Shown: positions 28,798 through 43,662, counted from the stretch's first letter. The stretch: DNA of 64,000 nucleotides from Chrysomallon squamiferum (GCA_012295275.1 CM022666.1:3410001-3474000); one strand, 5' to 3'. A program made the numbers and translations. The notes: generated by a model not told the origin, from the letters alone.

Positions 28798-30307
28798 CTG
28801 TATGATGAAATAATAAGAAGAAAAAAATATATATCAGTAACACCGATAGATAATAAATGTCATTCAGTAGCAACGACGGCTGGAATAATAAATGATGATG
28901 ATGATGATGCCTCGGCGAAAAGGAAAAATAAAATAAAATAATAATAAAATTAAAATAAGTTTAATATAAATAACATTATTCAAATTAGATTTCCTTTCCT
29001 GATTATACTGACGATATTTCTGAAATGAAATACTATTATTAAATAAAGGTATGCCCTAAATCAGAGGTCGTGGGTCTTTGGATCTTTCCGGGGGTCTGAT
29101 GGTCAATAATGACAGTGGTCAGTTATGACAGTGGTTGAACACGAATAAAAAACTCGAGATTAATACGATTTTAATAATTTTAATATTAATTTGAAATAAA
29201 CAGAGGCCTTGTTACTGATAATATTTATTTATTTATTTATTTATTTATTTACTTAAAAAGCTTGGAGGGGAGAGGTTCAGTTCGAGGTCAAGGATTTCAC
29301 GAAGAGGTCGATAATCTAAAGAGTTTGTCAACCTCTGACCTAAATAGATCACGTCTTCTTATAGGCCATAGTTTTATTTATTAATGGTGACCAATCTTTG
29401 CTAATAAAGTCAACAAGAATGCCTGGGATCCGACAATTGTACATTTTATCATGGTGTCTATAAATGGTATGTAAATCTGATTCGTAAATTTTATGTCCTT
29501 TCTGCCATTAAATGTATTTACTAAGTATATTTGACAGGAATGAAAATGTTTTGGATTGCGTATGGGTTAAATAATCTGTTATCTTTTCAGATTGCCACTA
29601 GCAACTATGGCCGACCTAAATAGGATATTTATATTTAGCTCATGTTGTCAGGTGATATGGTGTGCACGTGCTCCTTTCGAATTAAGTGTGGTTTGACAGA
29701 AATCATGTTATTAGTAATTTTAGCAACAAACTGCAAATAGATAAATAAATAAATAAATAATCCTGATTATGTACGCTCCCATATAAGAAACAGCTGAATA
29801 ATGTTTTCAAAGAAAATTTAAATTAATTTGGACTATACAGAAATATGTTACATTGGCCCAAAGGAAACAAAACTACTTAAAAACTTTTTTTTTTTTTAAA
29901 ACTGCTACAGGCAACTTGAACTAATATTTGTTTATTTGTTGATTTAAGTTAAGTTATCGTAATTGAGTAGATTAAGTGATAATGCGAACATCCGTAGATA
30001 ACGAGACTATCAAACGTTAAACGTTCCTATCTGAATGGGTCGACTATCTGTCATATGGATTTACTTGAGGTCAACAATTCGGGTACAATCTCACCCGGAT
30101 TTGATAACTCGCTCAGTGACGACAAGTGTTGGCGATTTGATAATTTAAACTTTTTATCATAAATATGTGAACAACTAACTCAGTTTGAATACATGTTTGT
30201 TTGTTTACCAATGCTTAACGCGTTAAATAAACGTAACATTTTGGACAAAAATCAGTATACATAAATATATACTGTAGTCTATACATGTGTGAATTTATAT
30301 AATAAAT

Positions 30308-30397
<90 letters not shown>

Positions 30398-31777
30398 ACT
30401 ACAAAAGTATTTGTTATTTTATTAAGCCTGTTCTGATAATAAAGATGAATAACAACAACAACAACAAAAATCTAGATCAAGATGAATAACACACCTTTTA
30501 CAAAGATTTATTCTTTTCATTTATTAACCACTTTGTTCCACAACTGTCATACTTCATTACTAGAACAATTCAGTGGTAAAACAAAATTAAATAAATTACG
30601 AAAATTCTACGTGTATTTCAAAGTAATGTTAGCACTGAAAAGCAACTAGGTTTCGTACGTTAAAAAAAAAATGAATTATTAATATATAAATTAAATTCTC
30701 CTCGTTTATAAAAACAGCTATATGAAATGACATAATGTAATATTTGAACACATATGAGGTAAATGGCGAGTGAAGAAAATATGTATGGTTTTACAGCGCA
30801 GGTTAATGTATGCTAATGTTCCCAACTCGAGGCTCACTGTAAACTACATTTTTTTTTTTTTTTTTTTCCCCATGTTAATGTCGTCTTGCTCCGTGTCAAA
30901 ATAACATACATTATGAATCGGGCTCTGAACCGCAATAAAATCTTGTCTTTTTAATTCTCGTTTCGCATTTTTCTTCATATGAATATTTATTGCCATGATT
31001 ATTTATTTATTTATTTATTAATATTGAACTTGTTTTATTTATTATTGTTTTTAACCGTGTTTTGTTTAAACATTTTTTTTTTTTTTTTTTTCGCTGTTTT
31101 TTTTTTTTTTTTGTATGTGTATGTTATTCAGTTATTTTTATTTAATCTTTTATTTCCGTTTAAGATTTAGGGTCAGGACAATGTCAGCGACGAGACCTAG
31201 ATGAACATTTTTCTTTCTCATATTTCATGGCACTAGACGTAAATTACAGTTTTATTAGCAAATACGTCCAATCTGCCAGAACAAACAAAACTCTGCCGGT
31301 GGCGATGTGAACAAATAACTAAAAACGTTTTCTCTATGTTAAAATGATTATTTGTGATTCGATTACAGTACTTGCTAGTCATATAAGTATGATAATAAAT
31401 ATTTTAAAAAGCAAAGATATCGCAAAAGGGTTTTAAAAAACCCACACACAAAGACAAAACAAGACATACAACCACCACAAAAAAGAAAAAACGACAACAT
31501 TAAAAGTCAGCCAAAAAAAATATAGCTATAAACACATCCCTAGCAAAACTAATAAATAAATAAATAAATAAAATAAAATATAAAACAACAACAACAGTAA
31601 TAATAATATAATAACAATAGCAGTAACAATCAATAATCAAATTCACAGATTGAAGTAAGTTTCAAGTGCTTGGTATGTTCACATTTTCTTTTCAATAGAA
31701 TTTATTTTGTTTATATATTTTATTTATTTTTAATTTATTTCATTGGAAATTATTTTACATTCCAGAAGGTGATACCC

Positions 31778-31821
<44 letters not shown>

Positions 31822-32672
31822 TTACTGATAACGACTTATTTGTTTATTGCATACTGTCAGGTACATGAAAAAGCCCAGATGTTCTCTATAAATATTTAAG
31901 AATAAATGGACGTCAGTGACTGAAGGCCATAACACATGCATACCATGTAAAATAAAAACCTAATTTAATTAGATACACGCATGTTCTCAAACAGTTAGCT
32001 GGTCTATTAAATACAGTGGTCACAATGGATACAGTGGGTTAATGAACCGGAAACCTAAAGATGCTACGCTGCTCTTCACAGCTTATGACAGCGTGGACTG
32101 GTTCCGAGTTCCATTCTAATTAGAATGTTTAGTGGCCAAAGGGGTCGAATGCAGGTCAAAACTGGAATCAAGACATCCCAGCGTGTGGTGTGGGTTTCAT
32201 TTACCGACTGAATGTTAGCGATAAATAAATAAGTTTTAATTCAGACCACTGTCGTCTGTTTAATGTGGATGTGGATAAACAATGTGTTATCGTTCAGTTC
32301 TTTATTTCGTTTTGAAAATGTTTATAGATCTTTCATATTCACACACTTAACTGTTATATATATATATATAGATGTATTATGTTTACACAGCTTTACAAGT
32401 GTTTATAATAAAGATATACTCAAACTTTTACGATTTATATAATAAGCCTCGTTTTCGAGATGATGTTTCGAGTTAAAATCTAGAAGGTTAACCCGAAACA
32501 TCAGATGACCAATTTCAATAATTTTTAAAACAGAATCTTATAATTTTAAATAAAAAGTACACATTTCGACGTGATATCTCATATTATAAACAATATAAAA
32601 AATAATTAAACAGAAGATTTAATTAAACGTGTAATTGTAAAAATATAGATATGTAGATATGCTTTTAACAAC

Positions 32673-32753
<81 letters not shown>

Positions 32754-33583
32754 TTTAAAGCATACTTCAAATAACAATAGAACTGGAATAAAAAAAAAAA
32801 AAAAAAAAAATGTTATAGTCATCTACCATAATAACAAACGTCACTACCATTACAAAAACAACACAAATACGACGCTTTATTTTATTCTGGCTATTAAACA
32901 TATTGCAGTGAGATATTAACAGATAACATGTTAATGTCTATTATTACTTTATAACAACTACAAATGCTGTAGGCCTCTGACCATTTAATCACGACAATAA
33001 CACTGTTGAATACGACGTAACTGATACAAATGTCTCGAATCGGTACATTAATTTTGTTTGTCACAAAACATCCGATACATCCTGTAGAAGGAAAAAAACA
33101 AAAAAACAAACACCAACAACCCAAAATAACGTGTATGAAAAGAAAAAAAAAAAAAAAAAAAAAAAATTAGTCAATTAAATCAATGTTTCACTGAGCTAAC
33201 TTTGTTTACTTACATATATTATTAAGTCGCTGGTCTGAAATACCCAACACTGTGGCAAACGCAATAAAATGATAATCGGATTGAAATTGATAAAGATAAT
33301 TACTTACATGCCAGCTGATTAAGTTTCTTTATCTGTGAGCATGTGTAAACAGATACTTAGACATGTGCGAGTGTATATAAATAAATCAATCTATCCATCT
33401 ACTTTTTTTTCTTCTTCTGTATCTGTGGGTTTTTTTTCTGTCTGCCTATCTATTTTGGACGTATGTGTGTATATATATATATATATATTTTTTTTTTTTT
33501 TCGTGAACCTACATTAACATTTTTCGATTTACATACGTCATTTTTTTCGTTTGTCTATTTTTATTTCTGTCTGTCTATCTATC

Positions 33584-33621
<38 letters not shown>

Positions 33622-34040
33622 TATAACTATACAGCATACCTACAGTATATTTATATCTACCTATTTACATCATAGCTATCAAAGGATGACAGTTAATCAT
33701 CATTCTGTTCTAAATTTAAATCGGTAACCGATCTATCCAAAACACTGTCAGAGCAACAAAACTCTACCAATCACAACACCCATCATATCAGATCTCTTAG
33801 TGAAAACTAATTAGGCAGAGAAAGGCTGGCGACTGTCAAAAACAGACAACAGAGCTAGACCAGATAAAGTATGTTAAGACACTGCATACCAGATATTTAC
33901 GTAATATTTGTAGGTGAAAAGTCAAGCTCTTAACCAAGTCTAGATGGGACGTATGTAAAGCTCGTTAACAGCTGCAAGATAAATATGTTTACTGGAGGAT
34001 GTCGGTGAATAGGTCATACAAGAAATAACGTTTATAAACG

Positions 34041-34105
<65 letters not shown>

Positions 34106-34245
34106 TGAAGAGGCAATTTTTTTTTCTTCTGCGTATGTGAATTGTGTATTATATTTAATTTTGTTCCGTAGTACGGTTATGAATGAAAGATTACTAAGTA
34201 CCCGGATTAAAAACTGACCAATCAGATTTTTTGTTATTAAATAAG

Positions 34246-34278
<33 letters not shown>

Positions 34279-34415
34279 GTTAATATCTTAAAATAATGCT
34301 GCTGGCAAAATATCAGCATTTTTCTTATTTCGGTCGCCAGACTGTTATTACGTCATAATAATCTTTTATAATGTTTACATTTTGTACATTTATTTACTTA
34401 CTTACTTCTTTGTTG

Positions 34416-34450
<35 letters not shown>

Positions 34451-36387
34451 GACAACAACAACAACAAATATGGCCGTCAGAAACTAATCAGATTATGGAA
34501 TTTTTCCAGTTTACTTAGTGATCTCATGGGCGTCCATTGTGGCTGCGGATGACGTAATATCGATTCGAGGAAATTAGTTTCCATGAAACCGTCTACTTTC
34601 TATAGAGATAATGTTACATTATGACGTGTTGTGTTTGTGTTAATATGAGATTCGCTTACTCGTATCTGTAGATTACGACAAAGTTACTTTAAGACGTAAT
34701 TTTACATTTAATTTCACATTTAATTTCTCGCCTGAATAAACATACTTACAAAAAAACCTAAAAAAAAATAACAACAAATAAAAAAAACGTGTAATTTCTC
34801 TTGTGGTGTGTTATCGTGTATTAATAATAATAATAATAATAATAATAACAATTGCAAAATAATAATTACAAGAGGAAGAACTTGATGATGATGATATTGA
34901 TGTTGATGACTATAAAGTAAAGAAAGGGGTAAAAAGAACGAAAAACAAAATGAGTCACAAATACAGCTTTAACAGATATATATTTCGAAAACTGCTTTGC
35001 ATTTTTTGCCTTGGAGCTTAATTTTACACACACGCGCGCACGCGAACGCATATTAATTATCAGCTATTCGTGACCGTTATGCTCCAGTTACTTTGTATTC
35101 AAAACAATTACAAGGACAGAGGATGGAAATAAATCAACCATATGTCAGCTGCTTATTCTTAAATATGTATTACACGGCTAAAAGAATTAAAATAATTCTT
35201 TACGGAGTCTTGAATTTCATTTATATGAATATGGTAATAAGGAAACTGATAATTAAATGAACATTCGCGAATGAATCTAATTCGTATTTGCATACATTAA
35301 TTAACATTAAAATGATGCATAATGCTGACGTTCATTTTTATGTAATTTAAAACGTCTACTGATGCAGGGATACGAAATTACATTCTTATATTAAAACTTA
35401 CAAATATGTACGTATACAAATATTAAATAATATTATTATCATCATCCTTATTATCATCATCATCATCATCATCATCATTATTATTATTATAAACGCCTTA
35501 AGACAACAACAAAAAATCATTTTCTAAATTATCTACAGATTTTTAAAATAACTAATATTAAACGAGGTTACGAAGAATGGAAAGATTTATTCTTAGAATT
35601 TTCTTCACGTAACAAAACACACTTCACTGAACGACCTATTATTTAGAAGACGTCTGCGCCATTTTACCGAGCCGCCATTAAAACCCGGAGAGAAATTTTA
35701 ATTAATTTTGTTTTGTCTGAGATGGGTGTGGTAAGATATCTTTGACAACTTAACATATTTAAATATTTACTGTTATATGTCTTCGGTTATACATTTTCTT
35801 GTAACACAGTGATAAGAATATTCGAGAGAAGAAACGTACAGCCATTATTACAGGGGTCACTCTTTCTAATTAGCAACAAGTAATCATTTATACATACCTT
35901 CCCAGTATTAAGAAAATATATAGATCTTGGTCTCGCGGGTACCACCTATCTCACTGAAGGTGCGGATTCTAAGATCCACCACGCATGAGCTTTTAGTATA
36001 TATCCACCGATTGGAAATCGACTCAGAAGGCGGGTGTTGGGTTATAACAATGATCTGATATAATTTTATATGTAGTGGATTAAGAAACGAGTATGGCTAA
36101 AAGGCACCTGACATTTTATCAGCTAAATCGATATCCCAAGCGTTCAGCACGTCCTGGTAACAACAGATGGTGTATGTTACATTAACTACGTATATACTGT
36201 CTTGTTCTGTCATACACACACTCACCCACACACACACACATACACGCTCAGTGCAACAGAAAGACTAAGAGTGGGTGTGTGAGAGTTATACTCTCTCTCT
36301 CTCTCTCTCTCTCAAACACACACACACACACACACACACACCACATATTGATTTCATTAAAATAATACAATTATGTTACCTCGATAA

Positions 36388-36447
<60 letters not shown>

Positions 36448-36968
36448 TTGCGACTGTTACTACTACAAACATTACTACTACTATTATTATTATTATTATT
36501 ACATAACGCTTAAATATATCTATCATTTCTATGTATGTAATAAGAATTAAACGGTTGAAATAAATATATAAGTAGTCATTTTTGTCTGTTACATTTCAGA
36601 ATTATAGGAGGTTATGTCTACAAAGTGATACAACTTCAAAGAACTCCTCCGTCTGCAGAAAGATAAAATTAAGAATACTAATTATTTTAAATGATCTATA
36701 TATTCCGTCAGTTTTTATTACGATAACAATAAAAGCTCCAACGACATTATTCAAATAAAAACACAACGGTATAATAACTTTTATCACATAGATAAATAAT
36801 GACCGATATAATTCACTAACATTCAAGACAGTTGTTCCGAGATTTAAAAAAATAAATGCGTTTGTTTCGAGCCAATTATACTATACAGTCTTGTGAATGG
36901 CTACGGAGGCTGTGTTTCCGCTAGGGAAAAGTCGAAGAACAATAACTGAAGACATACAAAAACCTTAC

Positions 36969-37260
36969 CTTTCTTGCTCTCATCACAAGACTGGGCTTTC
37001 CGATCACATTCATACAGGTTTTCCCCATAAAAGATATAAATTTACAGCGCAATTCTAGCGTGACTGCTAATACCGAATTGCACAACAAAGAACCAACAAA
37101 GATGTATCAGCTGACTGTTATCAACATTGTTCCTCGGAACTGTTCGAGAACTGTCGGCGGATTTCGGAATGAAGAACGGGCCAATGGAACGCCTGATATT
37201 GTAACTGCGGAATGGCAATATAACCAAGGTCATGGCCGATGATGGCCATTACAAAGGTCA
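36969..37260 (-). promoter_or_regulatory. Candidate distal promoter and non-coding first exon, probably of SLC16
   Basis: AAG|GTAAGG donor at 36968, locally higher GC/CpG, a CCAAT at about 37181, CCAAGGTCA at 37224 and CAAAGGTCA at 37252. Confidence 0.35.
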
Positions 37261-38026
37261 AGCTAAGTGCGAGGAACTGACTATTGTTCATACAAGTAGC
37301 GAAGTCCGAACGGTAATACATATGAGTCAAGGGATGATGGTTTTAATATGATTTGAAATAAGCTTGTATTATCTCTCATTGAATAAGTTATTATATGGCT
37401 CCTGTAATGTGTCAAAAATATATTTTAACAAATAAATAAAATGAATCGCTTTTACTGAATCTTTTGTACCACTGGTGCTTTCGATGGGGCCAACATTTTG
37501 TGAGAGACAATTAAAATGGTTTTCTTTATTTCACCATCGTCACTGTCATCATCATTAACACCATCATCATCATCAACTTCTTCTTTTTGTTATTATTGTT
37601 ATTTTATTACCGCCATTAATAAATTTTAATATTTATTTATTGTCATCGTCATTATCAACATTTTATTACCACCATTATTGAGTTTTTACTTCTGCTATTA
37701 TTACAGACTTTTCGCTCTTGTTTATGGTTATAATGTTTTGAATGCAATTTTAAAAAGTAATAAATAAAGATAAAATAAAATAACTGTCTGTTTACAAAGT
37801 TTCTGACGGAAACAAATATTTGAAAATAACAATACGGTGCAGTCACATGATACGGCTGTATCTTGTAGTAGTCTGTTATCAAACGCTGTTTACGTGCCAT
37901 CATAAGTATGTTCGTGCATGATGTCGGTAATTTTTATTTCCCTGGCGAACTCTAACGTCTGTGATGACCCAGTTTCAGTTATGTAACAAGTATTATATCT
38001 CAACAAGAGTTCAGAGTTAAGCAGTA

Positions 38027-38142
<116 letters not shown>

Positions 38143-38326
38143 CGGATGGGGAAAAAGAGAGAAAGACAAAAGGATAAAATGCGAACTGAGAACCAACGAA
38201 CGATTTGTTTCGTGCAGAAGGAGGCGGGATCGAAACTACAATCGTTTACCATATCGCACGAAATCACATAGAGAAAGTGAGGAAAGGGCATGTATGGGTG
38301 TGGGTGTGGGTGTGGGTGTGGGTGTG

Positions 38327-38366
<40 letters not shown>

Positions 38367-38941
38367 TACTTAGTTGTTGCTTGAAAACCATATCTATAAC
38401 TCGGGGGGTGGGGGTGCTCATTATAATAATTGCTATTTTCCACGCATACTATTTGTATTTTGTAGCCAGTGCGAGTATAAAAATACAGTCGAATTAACAA
38501 ACTATTCAGCTCATATGCAGCAGCCTGTCGACATGTACGTAATTTATGAGTCATAAAAACGTAGACTTCTCCAAGTCACTAGCCTCTGTTCTATTACGTA
38601 ATGGAAAAGGGACCAAAGACCGAACTGTGACCAGTCTAGAAAAGTCTAGAATTATCAGCTATTAAAGGGAATAATTTAAAAAAAAAAAATAATAATAAGG
38701 AGCGGCGTTTTTTTAAAACGTAAATAGTTATGCGAACAAAACCATGATGAATTAAATGGAATGATTTATATGCTTTATTTTGTACTGCCATTTCTGCAGC
38801 TAGTGCTACTGCTGTAATCAATAATAAAATTACGTTTATTATAATTCTTGTCGTCATCATCATGGTCAACATTGTTATTATCATTATTATCCCCTTTTCC
38901 TTCTTCTTCTTCTCCTTCTTCTTCTTCTTCTTTTTCTTCTT

Positions 38942-38972
<31 letters not shown>

Positions 38973-39116
38973 TTATTATTATGACACTGTTGATTAATTT
39001 AGTTTAAGAATACTCGTCAGCTTTTTTTTTTTTTTTTTAAAATTTTCTAACAAGATAAACCTGAAATTGTGAAAAAAATTTCATTCATTATCGATTAGAC
39101 ATTTTGCAAAATTATT

Positions 39117-39212
<96 letters not shown>

Positions 39213-39461
39213 TAAAAAAAATAAAAAGGTAAAAATGTTGATAGTATAGATCTACTATGGACTTGTTGTAATCCGAAATAAAAGGCGCTGATGAAGATAA
39301 CATGATAACGAAACATGATCAGACTGAAATCGCGTGGACTCTAAATCTTTGCAAAAACATTTGAAGTTCGGTAAATATTTACATAAGTCAAGCTCACTGA
39401 CCTTTAAAGCTAAAGTGCAAACTCTGAAATGCTGAATAGGGTCCATATCTCATAATATTGC

Positions 39462-40020
39462 TTATTATTATTATTATTATTATTATTACTGCTACTACTA
39501 CTACCACTACTTCTACAAATAATAATACTATTATTAGTACTACTACTACTACTACGACTACTACTATTATTAGTACTCCTACTACAAATACTACTACTAT
39601 TATTATTACTACTACTACAAATACTACTACTATTATTAATACTACTACTACTTCTACGACTACAACTACAAATACTACTACTACTATTACTAGTATTACT
39701 ACTGCTACCACTGTTACTTTTATTACTATCATCACTCTTATTATTTTATCTAGTATTAATAATATTAATGTTGTTGTTGTTATTAGTAATGGTGGTAGTA
39801 GTAGTAGCAGCAGCAACAGCAGTAGTTGCAGTAGTAGAACCAACAGTAGTAATAGTAGTAGTAGTAGTAGTAATACTGGTAGCAGTAGTAGTAACAGCAA
39901 AAGTAGTAGTAGTAGTAGTAATAATAGTAGCAGTGGTAGTATTAACAACAGTAGTAGTAGCAGCAGCAGTAGTAGTAGTAGTAGAAGTAGTAGAATAGTA
40001 GTAGAAGTAGTAGTCGTAAT
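39462..40020. repeat. Low-complexity trinucleotide block: (ATT)/(ACT)-rich, then (AGT)/(AGC)-rich
   Basis: Read directly; it generates spurious poly-T/S/L/V ORFs. Confidence 0.9.
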
Positions 40021-41593
40021 AGAATTGTTGTTTTAGTAACAGCAGTTGCACTTTTGTGAGTTTGTTCATCTTTGTATTGCGCCTCATTTTTATTTTCTAT
40101 CTCATTTTACTTAACAAAAATTAAATCATAACAGTCATTTGCCCACACAAATACATGTCTTCACTGCTAACATACACAATGAATTCGACATAAAACGAGG
40201 TTCAATTTATTTCCAAGGTCTGCCTATATGGCTGTATCTATTACATAATTTATCTGTTAAGTTTGCTAATCATATTTTAACCAGATGTCCGTAAACTGGA
40301 TTATCATTAATAAATCATCGATATTTCCTATTATCAAGAGAAATGATATCGCTCTCCAAGCCGCCATGTTGGACAATAGGACAATAAATCTATAAATATA
40401 TTTATAGCTTGCGAAACCGTAACAGTTTCTTGCGTAATGGAATGTGACGTTGAATAAGGCTTGTTTGAAATGTTATAAAAAAAAAAAAAAAAAAAAAAAA
40501 CTAGCACGCCCTGACGTTTAACTTGATATTTAATTTTTCTACGGTCTTTTTTTGCACTCGCGAAACCAGAAACTTGTGGCCTTGCATAATTTTAAAAGGG
40601 TGTCTACAACGGTGCTTAAAGGCAGTTCGTTTATAGAGAATAATGTTTACTAATAATAAAGTTACTAGAAAATAGTTTTTCTTATCAACGAAGTGTTGTT
40701 TAAAAAATGTAATTGTCACATGTCAAGCTGACATTTTCTCTTCTTGATCCGAAAGAAAGATTTTAATGATAAAATCATTTCACTGATATAAATAATAATA
40801 ATAAAAATAATTTAAAAACAATAAAATTATGGAAATGTCAGTGGGGCCAATATTTTATTTATCTTCGTTCTCATTCTTGTATAAGTTAATTTATTTAAGG
40901 TGACTATTTCTTTATATTCATATTTCACATGCTATTTAGGTTTACGCTTAGTATTTTTTTTGTTATTTTATTTTATTTTATTTTATACAGTTTTATTTTT
41001 TTTATTTTTGTTTTAACTTTTGCGCAGGTGGAGGGATATTGCAATATCAACACTTAGAAACAAACGTTATAATTCGATATTTGCGTTTCGCCTCAAAGAA
41101 TATTCTGCTTTTTACATTTCCCAAATTACACCATTAAATACAAAAAGACGACATTAAATAACTAACTGCCACAACGCTGAGTTTTTTTTTTAGTGTTGTG
41201 CTAATTTGCATTAAAATCATTACACAATTATTATATGATTTCTATTTATACTTGAACACCAACCTTTACTAATAATAAATTTTGAAAACAAAATAGTAAG
41301 CTCTCTGTAATACATGCTGCGGGCAGACCCTTTCTTTTTAATGGTGACGTCAAATCGTACAGTGAAATATGAACAAAATTTCTAATGGACTGATAAGATA
41401 ATTCGGAAATATCTTCTGTATTATTCTTCATCATACTTAACTACTTTCTATATATAGCTGTGTAATATTGTGGATTTTGAAACAAATAAAAAAAGAAAAT
41501 CTTAGCGTCTTGTTTCTGATGCAGCTGGTCATTAGTCGATATCGATCGGGTGAAAAATTCTATCTCTAATTTTATATAAATGTGTGTATGTGC

Positions 41594-41638
<45 letters not shown>

Positions 41639-41823
41639 GGGTATTTGTTTATATTATTCTCTTTTTTTAAAATTATAATGGTGTAGGGTTTTTTTTTTAT
41701 GATACAGTTCGCTTTATATTTTATGTAATTTTATTTTATTTTATTTTATTTTATTTTATTTTATTTTACTTTACTTTACTTTATTTTATTTTATTTTGCT
41801 TTACTATATTTTATTTTTCAAAC

Positions 41824-42205
41824 CAATGTTTGCCAAGGTAGGGTGTGAGGTACACGATTTACAATACTTTGATTATCATTTCAGAACTATTTGGTTCAAC
41901 AAGTATATATATATATATATTACTTCAGACACAATATAGGCTCATTCGGACATCATATATCACAGATATTGAAACTTTTTTCTCACTTCACCTCTTGAAG
42001 AAAACATTTGGTTGATGTGTACACCTTTCCAAATATCATGGTAGAGCAAATTCAGTATGGTCAATTAACACATGAGTGAAATGTGCACAGTGCTTTAACT
42101 GGATGAAATATAATGCAAAATAGGTATACAATTTTGCTCGCCTACCTGCTGGTTAATACTCGCGTATACCTGAAGGGGTACGCGCACTCAGCTTGAAAGC
42201 CACTG
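41824..42205. mobile_element. Degenerate hAT-like non-autonomous element
   Basis: Ends CAATGTTTGCCAA... and ...TTGAAAGCCACTG, with subterminal GGGGTACGCG and CGCGTATACC motifs. The TSD is not clearly preserved. Confidence 0.4.
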
Positions 42206-42386
42206 ACTTAAAGCATATCTATTTTATTCATTATTTTATGTTTGTTTTAGTTGCAAGCTGGTTAAGGGGAGAGAATATATACGAATACATAAAAAACAAA
42301 AAACAAAAAAACCCAACTAAAACAGTAAAATGTTTCAGTGTAAAAAAGTTTATATATATAATTTGCATTGTATATAATTATGAATA

Positions 42387-42451
<65 letters not shown>

Positions 42452-42754
42452 AATATATATATATACAATATACAATATATATATTCATAATTATATACAA
42501 TGCAAATTAGTGTTGATTATAACAGGTTAATGTAGATTAAGTTATCGTGATCTTAGATGGTTTTTTACTTATAATTCTCTAATATGGTAATAATTTAAGA
42601 TAGCATTACTCATATTATAATTATAATTATAATTATAATTATTATTATTATTAAATTTATTCATCCGTTCGTTCTTTCATCATTCGTTCAGTCAGTCATT
42701 TATTTATTTAAAATACATGCATTCGTTTTACTTTGTTGTTAAATAGGTTTAGAT

Positions 42755-43006
42755 CATAGGTTTTCAACGTGGGGGTCGTGACTGAGGGGTCGCCAGCCTT
42801 TATCGGGGTCGCGAGATCGTTGTTGAGCGTGGGTATGTTTTTGTTTTTTTTAACTTGACTTGGAAGGAGGAACAAATAGGTTTGGGAACCCTCATAGTGC
42901 TGACTTTGGTTGATGAAAAAAAAGGTAACCCTAGATATTATTGAATAACATTTTTTAAAGAGGGTAATCAGTTATACTGAGTTGCTTATAAGGTTGAAAA
43001 CCAGTG
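42755..43006. mobile_element. hAT (Charlie-like) MITE, 252 bp
   Basis: Perfect 8-bp TSD GTTTAGAT at 42747-42754 and 43007-43014. TIRs CATAGGTTTTCAAC and GTTGAAAACCAGTG match at 12/14. Three subterminal GGGGTCG motifs. Confidence 0.8.
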
Positions 43007-43452
43007 GTTTAGATCGTCATTTAAAGTTTGTGGTTATTTTACATATTTAACAGGAGTAAGGGCAGATTACTCTAAATTTATTTACGAATGGACATTGTTA
43101 ATTAACGTTATTTTTGTACGTTTGTTTTTGTTATCTGCTTTAAATCATATGAAAAGTCATTTATATTTTTGTTTTTATTTGAAAATAATACTGTTGGCAT
43201 GAATAGAAGATTTTAACGAGATCATATAAATTTTATAACATTCGCTTTGGTTTTTGTGTAGACAACTATTATTACTATTATTAATCCTTTCTAAATTTTC
43301 GATAAAATTTATTATTATTAACACTTGAAGATACTTGGACATTAAATAAATAAGGTGGCAATAGTGTTAATAGATAACAGATAAGTAATAACTGAATCCT
43401 GGTACTAATATTTGTTAAATTATTATTACATTAATAATTTTGTAGATTAATT

Positions 43453-43662
43453 ATGGGTCGATATTCAGACAGCGATGATGATGCAAAACATTATAAGAAG
43501 AAGAAAAAGAAATATTCACGTTCTCGATCCAGGTATGTTTCTGCGAATATTCTACAATCTAAATATTTTATTTTAACATTGGGAATATTATAAGCTTATA
43601 TCTTTTTTGGATGTGTAATATATGTTGATATTTTCGAAGTCGGGATAACATAATAATAATAA

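Noticed and set aside
28900-28925. TGATGA-TGCCTCGGC-GAAA hammerhead-like string
   Set aside because: Lacks the core C, derives from a (GAT)n run, and has no stems I or III.
39394-40087. Mucin-like poly-Thr/Ser and poly-Leu/Val ORFs
   Set aside because: Translations of trinucleotide low-complexity DNA, open on both strands, with no splice or domain support.
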